Below the pieces are notes generated by a model. It saw nothing but the letters and a program-made list of their open reading frames with translations, was not told the DNA's origin and made no database searches. Positions 26,052-32,000 of a stretch of DNA of 32,000 nt are shown here, in pieces (within the stretch, counting starts at the first letter, position 1; the number at the start of each line of letters is the position of its first letter). A program made the translations under genes and the position numbers. Origin of the DNA: Opitutales bacterium (GTDB lineage Bacteria; Verrucomicrobiota; Verrucomicrobiia; Opitutales; PNEW01); contig CBDCNV010000002.1 in NCBI GenBank assembly GCA_965219535.1, positions 1,680,001 through 1,712,000 on the forward strand, given 5' to 3'.

Positions 26052-26609
26052 TTACAGCTTGCCCCTGTGATTCGCTAACCAGCTTTTTATATTTCGCTCA
26101 GATTCCGCGATCTGTGCTGCAGTCATCTTTTTTTTGAGATTGGTTATATCTCTATTGTCTACATTTTCACCGCATGCATCAGCAATGTTCAACCACATAT
26201 AACCCTTAACATAATCCTTTGGAATCGATATTCCAGCTCCTTCGCTATAAATTGTTGCGAGAAATAATTGGGCCATGCCCTGTCCCTGATCAGCCGCCAT
26301 TTGCATCCACTTGATGGCCTCCACATAATTCACTTCTCCTACACCTTGCCCGATAGCTAATAACTCTCCCAAGTGCGCTTGCGCCTTGGCATGTCCTTGT
26401 TTAGCCGCCTTGCGATGCCATCTAACTGCTTTATAAAAATTTTGCTCCTGGTCATCACCCTTTTCATAAATAACCCCAAGCTGGTACTGGGCTTCTGCGT
26501 CACCCTTACGAGCGCGTTGATGTATATCTGAAAATGAAGCTCCTCTTGCATCGGTTCCCATCATGAAAATCAAGAGCACGGTAATAGGTAAAAAACAATT
26601 CTTCATCAT
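26052..26609 (-). CDS. secreted Sel1-like repeat (SLR/TPR) protein
   Basis: Signal peptide followed by repeats AEAQYQLGVIYEKG, AKAQAHLGELLAIGQG and GMAQLFLATIYSEGAG. Confidence 0.8.
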   Translation of the reverse strand: MMKNCFLPITVLLIFMMGTDARGASFSDIHQRARKGDAEAQYQLGVIYEKGDDQEQNFYKAVRWHRKAAKQGHAKAQAHLGELLAIGQGVGEVNYVEAIKWMQMAADQGQGMAQLFLATIYSEGAGISIPKDYVKGYMWLNIADACGENVDNRDITNLKKKMTAAQIAESERNIKSWLANHRGKL

Positions 26610-26923
26610 AGCGAATATTCTAATTTATACGGTGTCCCTCAAAGATGAGGGATTTATAATATTTAATGCGAAACCGTATGTTCATTAATTGTCTATGCAA
26701 GATTATTTTACCCGAGTAACATCGTCAAAACATTCACTATTTCAGCAAAATTATAGAATGTAGTGTTAATACCTTTAATTTCAGCTTACGAACGTTATTA
26801 CCTGAATTTAATATCCTGTTTAAAAACAAGGGATTGCACATCGAAATAAAAAAAAGTTGCCATCAACAATTTTGAACACCTCAATTTGAAAGAACATATA
26901 TATTAACAAATAGAGAGGCCAAA

Positions 26924-27547
26924 ATGAAATTAATTATAGTCGGATGTGAGTATACGGGAGTGACAACCTTATGTGAAAGTCTCATTAATTGGGGAAATGA
27001 AAGAGGAATAAATTTCCATCTCGATGACCATTTTACGATACCCGATCGGCAGCAATTGTCACCTGAAGATAGGGCAACGATAGTTACCTTATCCCCATCC
27101 CTGAAACAGCGATGGCAGCAAATGCAGATTGTCTATCATGTCCGCCTCATGAACATCTTCGATCATATATTGCTGGGCGGATTTCATATAGAAGAAGAAG
27201 TATACGGCCCACTTTACTACTATCCAGGGAGTGCGGTAGTCGGATCCCGGCAATTTGAAACAGAGTTGCCCAACGACGGGATCCTCGTGCATTTGACGGC
27301 TCGGTCGGAGGTCATCGAAACGCGTATGGAATCCCAACCTCACGATTATCCGGTGGTCAAAAAAGAGGACATCCCGATGGTCCTCGGTCGCTTCGAAGAA
27401 GAAGTTAAAGCTTCCTGGCTTATGCAGAAGCTGGAGATCGATACCTCAGACTTGACCCCGGATCAACTTCTCCAGACCTTCCTCGTTAGTGCCAAACCAT
27501 TGATGTCCGCCCGCGACTTGCTCATCCTCGCAAACGAGAAAAATTAA
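26924..27547 (+). CDS. hypothetical P-loop-kinase-like protein with a degenerate Walker A (Lys replaced by Val)
   Basis: N-terminus MKLIIVGCEYTGVTTLCESL has the beta-strand, GxxxxG[K->V]TT and helix layout of small nucleoside/nucleotide kinases. No further family recognised. Confidence 0.45.
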   Translation: MKLIIVGCEYTGVTTLCESLINWGNERGINFHLDDHFTIPDRQQLSPEDRATIVTLSPSLKQRWQQMQIVYHVRLMNIFDHILLGGFHIEEEVYGPLYYYPGSAVVGSRQFETELPNDGILVHLTARSEVIETRMESQPHDYPVVKKEDIPMVLGRFEEEVKASWLMQKLEIDTSDLTPDQLLQTFLVSAKPLMSARDLLILANEKN

Positions 27548-27714
27548 ACTTTTACCAGGTCCTACAATCGCTGGATATCCCTATTCATAAAATAGAGTCG
27601 AGAGATTTATATTAACACTAACCGAAACGGTAAAAAAATTATGTTGTTTCTGTCGTTGTCTGATTTAAACTTGCTTTAATTGGATAGCTTTTGGGATTTT
27701 ATAGATTGTTTTAT

Positions 27715-27791
27715 GGGGGATTAGCTCAGTTGGTTAGAGTGCTTGCATGACACGCAAGAAGTCACTGGTTCGAATCCAGTATCTCCCACCA
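27715..27791 (+). tRNA. tRNA-Val (anticodon GAC), CCA encoded
   Basis: GGGGGAT TA GCTC AGTTGGTTA GAGT G CTTGC ATGACAC GCAAG AAGTC ACTGG TTCGAAT CCAGT ATCTCCC A CCA folds as a cloverleaf. Confidence 0.9.
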
Positions 27792-27851
27792 ACCTTCGCC
27801 GCCAGGCGAAGGTTGCGCGCCATAGCTCGAAGAGCGGAGGCGGGCATTTCG
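27790..27851 (-). repeat. 62-nt structured repeat, copy c, abutting tRNA-Val(GAC)
   Basis: Its reverse complement equals copy b apart from about 2 substitutions. The hairpin CAACCTTCGCC-GCCA-GGCGAAGGTTG overlaps the CCA end by 2 nt. Confidence 0.9.
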
Positions 27852-27906
27852 TGTACAATGGAAGGTAATGTCTCATCCAAATGCGTACGTAATAAATTTC
27901 TTCGCC
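27850..27906 (-). pseudogene. possible remnant of a GIY-YIG gene N-terminus
   Basis: The minus strand reads GEEIYYVRIWMRHYLPLYTK, resembling the family N-terminus pattern (W/Y)YVYI(L)...G.LY(T/I)G. It is only 19 codons long, truncated by repeat copy c, and is a poor match to the intact local copy. Confidence 0.3.
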
Positions 27907-27964
27907 CGTTGGGCTACGGCTGGCAGGCCAACCATCAGCTATTGTCACCCAATGAACTTTGGTT

Positions 27965-28002
27965 AACCGCCGCCAGGCGAAGGTTGCGCTCGAAAGGAGC
28001 GG
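27965..28002 (-). repeat. degenerate partial copy d of the structured repeat
   Basis: AACCGCCGCCAGGCGAAGGTTGCGCTCGAAAGGAGCGG versus AACCTTCGCCGCCAGGCGAAGGTTGCGCGCCATAGCTCGAAGAGCGG. The left hairpin arm and the central part carry deletions. Confidence 0.6.
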
Positions 28003-28049
28003 TCTCAGCATCTAAGCAGAATTTACAATTCTCGAAGTCGCGGGACTAC

Positions 28050-28964
28050 TTAAAGAACTTCCGGTGGTTCTTCCTCACTGTCTTCAGGATTGGCACTTGG
28101 CACATCCACCCCTTTGGATTCGAGGGTGGCTGCGAGTTGCTCTAATTCCGTCTCTCTTTCCTGCAAGCCCTGTGCTTTATCAAACAATGTATTTTCGCTC
28201 GCCTCTAAAAAATCTTCCCTCTCCTTGATCATTGCCTCTGACTCCTGAATCCTCAATTCACGTTCATCCAACTCCTCTTTAAGCTTCAACAATTCAGGTT
28301 CAATATCCTGCGACACTTGAATTCCAGATCCAGCAGAAGATTCACCTTCGCTTGGTGGTTCGGTTTTCGCGTTGGCTAAATCTTCCTTGAGCTGCTCTAA
28401 TTCCGTCTCTTTTTCCTGCAGGCTCTGTGTTTTATCCATCAAGGTATTTTCACTTTCCTCTAAAAAAGCTTCTCTTTCTTTTAAAGTGTTTTCCCGCTCA
28501 TCAAATTCTGACTGTAATTGTTGTAATGCCTGTTCCGTTCCTTCCTCGATTTTTCCCTCTGCCTGCATATCGCTTTGGGTTGATTCAAGGAGCTTCTCAC
28601 GGGCAGTTAACAAGGCTTGGGATTCACGCAAATTCATCTCACGAGCGGCGAGTAGCGCTTCATTTTCGCGCAAAGTTCTTTCGCCATCATCGATAAAACT
28701 CTGTTTTTCTTGCAATATGCGCTCGCGCTCATCGAGCTGAGATTCTTTCTCCTGTAAAGACTTATTCTGCCCGTCTAATTCAGTTCTGACCTTTTCCTCG
28801 TAAACATCTTTGGAGTGTCTTGTCTTGGAGAGAATGGCATCGATCGACCCCGAAGAACCCAAACTGGAACCGGAAGCAGGACTCTCTTCATTTGAACCCG
28901 CAGTACCTGATCGTCTCAAGCTCAGTTGCGGTTTTTTTTTGGGATTTACTTGAGACTTCTCCAT
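28050..28964 (-). CDS. acidic coiled-coil protein with a basic N-terminal peptide and an internal 85-aa duplication
   Basis: 304 aa. N-terminus MEKSQVNPKKKPQLSLRRSG is followed by a Ser/Gly-rich linker and then a Glu/Leu/Gln-rich heptad-like sequence. The module ERE.FLE.SENTL.DK.Q.LQE.ETELEQL occurs twice. Confidence 0.7.
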   Translation of the reverse strand: MEKSQVNPKKKPQLSLRRSGTAGSNEESPASGSSLGSSGSIDAILSKTRHSKDVYEEKVRTELDGQNKSLQEKESQLDERERILQEKQSFIDDGERTLRENEALLAAREMNLRESQALLTAREKLLESTQSDMQAEGKIEEGTEQALQQLQSEFDERENTLKEREAFLEESENTLMDKTQSLQEKETELEQLKEDLANAKTEPPSEGESSAGSGIQVSQDIEPELLKLKEELDERELRIQESEAMIKEREDFLEASENTLFDKAQGLQERETELEQLAATLESKGVDVPSANPEDSEEEPPEVL

Positions 28965-29015
28965 AATATTGAAATATCAAAATTGGGAGTAGAAGCAAAA
29001 CTGAAAATTAATCTT

Positions 29016-29936
29016 TTAATTCTTTTTCCACAGACTGGATATGGATCCCCACAAGCCTCTTCTTCCGGGCAGCACTTTTTCAGGCTGAAAGTATAAGGTG
29101 ATTAAAATTGCCGCCTTCTTTTCTTTAGCGGGGTCATTCAATACAAGAAGATAACGATTAAGATCACCGCCCTCAACCATTATATTATTCAATGCACCTT
29201 TCTCTTCGGTAAACCAATGAAACAAAGCATTCATGTTTGCGGTTATGAGCTCGGCGTTTTCTTCCGTTAATTCTTCTTCAAAATTTATATTATCTTCTAT
29301 TTCAAGAGCGTCCACTAAATGACCGATGGCTTCAGGAAGATAAATTCCTTTCTTGCCTACTCTGAAGGGGAGAAAAGTGGCAATACTTTCTTCGTCAATG
29401 TGGGCTATGCTATTAAGCAGGTTCCTGAAATCACCTCCCACGATAACGTTTTGTGCCATGTTCTGTGAGAAACCGATAAATTCACGCAGGGTTTTTATTT
29501 CTTCATCCGCACAAAGTTGTTTCGTTGCGACTGATATTCTCGAAATAATTATGGGAAAGTCCTCGGGAATTTCTAAGCGCTCTAAATTTTTCAATACATT
29601 GTCGTCCCGCTGGGAGGAAGCTTCAACCTGTTCTACCATATCTCCAAATGGATCGTCGAAAGCCAAAGTCTCTTTCATTATATCTACGAGGAGATCGATT
29701 CTTTTTGGGTGTTCACCGATTTCGGGAATCATTCTAAGTTCATCAAAAGTCAGATAAATGTATTTACTCGGGGTTTCTTCCGCGCCACTTATCGGCCACT
29801 CGGTTGTCCCTACATTTTCAGCTAAACTGCTGAGCTTGGTATCTACCATGATGGAAGACTGGAAGCTGTTTCTTATTTCATCCCATTTCTCAGCCGTGCA
29901 TTCGACTCCCTGATTTTGTGATTCTGACCCTTCCAT
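29016..29936 (-). CDS. hypothetical acidic protein (306 aa), middle gene of the ParA-like operon
   Basis: Long ORF with coding-like composition, 51 nt downstream of the ParA-like gene. Two weak helix-hairpin-helix-like stretches (MIPEIGEHPKRIDLLVDI; ISVATKQLCADEEIKTLREFI). No family recognised. Confidence 0.65.
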   Translation of the reverse strand: MEGSESQNQGVECTAEKWDEIRNSFQSSIMVDTKLSSLAENVGTTEWPISGAEETPSKYIYLTFDELRMIPEIGEHPKRIDLLVDIMKETLAFDDPFGDMVEQVEASSQRDDNVLKNLERLEIPEDFPIIISRISVATKQLCADEEIKTLREFIGFSQNMAQNVIVGGDFRNLLNSIAHIDEESIATFLPFRVGKKGIYLPEAIGHLVDALEIEDNINFEEELTEENAELITANMNALFHWFTEEKGALNNIMVEGGDLNRYLLVLNDPAKEKKAAILITLYFQPEKVLPGRRGLWGSISSLWKKN

Positions 29937-29987
29937 TTTTTTTAAATATTTAGCTGAAGACCGTGATTATCGTACCCAAACGCGTAA

Positions 29988-30875
29988 TCAGATGGGGTCT
30001 TCATGTCGACTAATTTCTGTCGCCAACCGAAGATAGTCATTCGAGACATTATCCGCATCATCCCCTTTCTCAACAAGACCTACGGGTAGGCCCAGGGTTA
30101 CAGCCCTTCGAACGACTGTCGCATCGCGGATTTGCGACTGCATTAATTTTGCTTGAGGTGAAACCCTTTTCTGATTGCGGAATTGATTAAGCCTGAGCTG
30201 CATTCTCATTTTCGGAACGTCAATATCAACGTTACCTTTAATTGAATTGAAAATGATACCTTTAACCTGTGCCGGTTTGCCCATGCCACTTTTTCTGAAA
30301 CTCGCAGAGCGATTGTGGAATATGATTAATTTTTCCACGAGCAGGGTAAATCCAATAAGACTAAGAGCGTCAGGATTTGAAGGGACGTAAATTTCGTTAC
30401 TCGAGAAAACGCCACATTGAGAGGCCCTGAGAATATTAGGGGGGCAATCGAATACAACGTAATCGTAGTTAGATTCTATCGCGGCGAGTTGTTCCTGTAC
30501 AATAGCGTAAGGGGGGTTTTGGGGATCGCCTTCAAAATCACTTTCAAGATCTACCAAGTTGAAGGTCGTTGGAACCAAATCTAAACCGGGAAGCAGTTTT
30601 TCACCGGTTTTACTTTGGACGACATCCTTGATGAGACAATCTTCAATGGTTTCCTTACCGGGATCGAAAATTGAGTAAACCGAACCTCTTCCCTCCGTAT
30701 TCAACTTATTCCAACGTTCAAGGCGCATGAGCCAGATACTGGCGTTAGACTGGGTATCAAAATCAAATAAAAGTACCCGTGATCCTTTTAGGGCCAAGCT
30801 GGCAGCAGTATTAACGATAAGGGAAGTTTTACCTACTCCTCCTTTATAATTGAGAAAACTTATCTTTCGTGCCAT
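29988..30875 (-). CDS. ParA/MinD-family P-loop ATPase (orphan ParA-like)
   Basis: Deviant Walker A KISFLNYKGGVGKTS, DFDTQSNAS, YDYVVFDCPP (Walker B region) and C-terminal IRDATVVRRAVTLGLPV. Confidence 0.9.
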   Translation of the reverse strand: MARKISFLNYKGGVGKTSLIVNTAASLALKGSRVLLFDFDTQSNASIWLMRLERWNKLNTEGRGSVYSIFDPGKETIEDCLIKDVVQSKTGEKLLPGLDLVPTTFNLVDLESDFEGDPQNPPYAIVQEQLAAIESNYDYVVFDCPPNILRASQCGVFSSNEIYVPSNPDALSLIGFTLLVEKLIIFHNRSASFRKSGMGKPAQVKGIIFNSIKGNVDIDVPKMRMQLRLNQFRNQKRVSPQAKLMQSQIRDATVVRRAVTLGLPVGLVEKGDDADNVSNDYLRLATEISRHEDPI

Positions 30876-31309
30876 GCAAAATTGGAATTCAAATTAATAT
30901 AAACACCTGTTCTCAACATAATAAAGTTTAGACCACAAGTGTCATTTATAAAGTTAAATATGGATAATGATTATTTATGTCCTTAGAAATTGAGGAGAAC
31001 GTTCATCATTGTCAACGATTTGCCAATTTAAAATGAGACGTCGTATTTCGTCATGAGGGAGGAATTCTTAAGTAATTCGGGGGTAAATAATCTGGAATAT
31101 ATTCATTTTATAGTTGTCCTGTTAGACAGTAGTTTCCTTGAAAAGGGGTAATATAATGGTTTCTGGAACGAATGCATGGGCGAGGTAAAAGCATTATTTT
31201 ATTGGGGTATTAGGCGTAATACTGAATTTATAGTTCCGGGTTGTATGAAAGCTTCAATTGAATTTTCTTGAATTGTTCTTTAGGTCGACGATAATGCTAA
31301 CTTAAGATC

Positions 31310-31780
31310 ATGGCTGAAGATAAAATAATTGATCGGTTGGGGGCGCTACCTTTTTTTTCCGGGTTAAGCACTGAACAACTGGGAACAGTTTCAGAGCACA
31401 TTAGTTGGCTTAATCTCGAGCCTAATACTACGGTCTTTAAAGAATCAGATAAAGGTGACGCCATTTATTTTATTTTAGAGGGATCGTTCGAGGTTGTGAT
31501 TGAATCTGGCAATGGAAAATCCATTCAGCTCGCCACTTTGACAGAGGGCCATTCGTTTGGAGAAATGTCGCTCATCGATAATCTACCCAGGTCAGCGACA
31601 ATCATGGCGAATATCAAGTCTGACGTCCTGCAACTAAAAAAGAATGATTTTGATGAGCTCTTGAAAAAGCATCCAACTATCGGTGTTATCCTCCTAATGG
31701 AACTTACCGATTTTCTTTGTCAGCATGTACGCGAGGCGAATGAAAGCCAATTAAAAGAACCGCCGATGGCGTTCGAATAA
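31310..31780 (+). CDS. standalone cyclic-nucleotide-binding (CAP_ED) domain protein
   Basis: LPFFSGLSTEQL...VFKESDKGDAIYFILEGSFEV...GHSFGEMSLIDNLPRSATIMA is a canonical cNMP-binding cassette (FGE...R-S-A). No effector domain is present. Confidence 0.85.
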   Translation: MAEDKIIDRLGALPFFSGLSTEQLGTVSEHISWLNLEPNTTVFKESDKGDAIYFILEGSFEVVIESGNGKSIQLATLTEGHSFGEMSLIDNLPRSATIMANIKSDVLQLKKNDFDELLKKHPTIGVILLMELTDFLCQHVREANESQLKEPPMAFE

Positions 31781-31821
31781 TAAAAGACACCAGGCTGAAT
31801 TAATTTATATATTAAAATAAT

Positions 31822-32000
31822 ATGGCAGATGATAGAATATTAGCGGAGCTGAAAAGCTTTCCCTATACTTCCGGATTAAACTCGGATCAGTTGGAATTGT
31901 TTTCCGGTTTTGTTGAGTTGCTCGAATATGAACCCGATACCGCGGTCTTTAAAGAAGGAGACGATGGCGATTCTGTCTATTTTATTTTAAACGGCGAACT
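31822..32000 (+). CDS. second cyclic-nucleotide-binding domain protein, 5' partial (runs off the window)
   Basis: MADDRILAELKSFPYTSGLNSDQLELFSGFVELLEYEPDTAVFKEGDDGDSVYFILNGE is paralogous to the N-terminus of the preceding gene. Confidence 0.75.
   Translation, partial: MADDRILAELKSFPYTSGLNSDQLELFSGFVELLEYEPDTAVFKEGDDGDSVYFILNGE

Noticed and set aside
27721-28145. ORFs 27721..28011 (-) and 27747..28145 (+)
   Set aside because: Both run through tRNA-Val(GAC) and the structured repeats. Their peptides (ATFAWRRR, AARRRLRA) are translations of the hairpin element.
28372-29757. Plus-strand ORFs 28372..28740, 28427..28696 and 29353..29757
   Set aside because: They are antisense to the coiled-coil and 306-aa genes, with Ser/Cys/Phe-rich shadow composition.

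Overview
This is a chromosomal window. Gene content suggests a PVC-group heterotroph (Verrucomicrobiota or Lentisphaerota-like), but that is inference only. The supporting content is four prepilin-type N-terminal-methylation proteins, an aerobic formylglycine-generating enzyme, system II cytochrome c biogenesis and a COG2827-type GIY-YIG gene.

Gene order, left to right:
- tail of a transposase-like ORF and an odd small-ORF/inverted-repeat locus
- a 4-gene pseudopilin operon
- thioredoxin-like protein, Na+/solute symporter with a small subunit, FGE plus a coupled unknown gene, and an AsmA-like protein
- rpsP-trmD-rplS, with no rimM and a long repetitive tail on S16
- lipoprotein-ccsB-ccsA, a glycine-zipper lipoprotein and recN
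- a GIY-YIG gene and tRNA-Val(CAC)
- a 4-gene operon of unknown pathway: a 900-aa UxaA-like dehydratase, a PhyH dioxygenase, an NSAR/OSBS enolase-superfamily enzyme and an SMP-30 lactonase
- a Sel1 protein, a P-loop-like protein lacking the Walker lysine, and tRNA-Val(GAC)
- an orphan ParA-like ATPase operon with two unknown acidic partners
- two tandem standalone cNMP-binding proteins

No rRNA, CRISPR array or prophage was seen.

Most interesting observations:
1. A conserved 62-nt structured repeat with hairpin covariation sits on the 3' end of both tRNA-Val genes and brackets an intact GIY-YIG gene and a possible decayed one.
2. The orphan ParA/adaptor/coiled-coil triad.
3. A 167-183-bp tandem duplication carrying a GTCAAAAR microsatellite, which copies the 3' end of recN.
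4. The double-domain UxaA-like protein and its operon.

All family calls are by-eye motif recognition. No searches were run.
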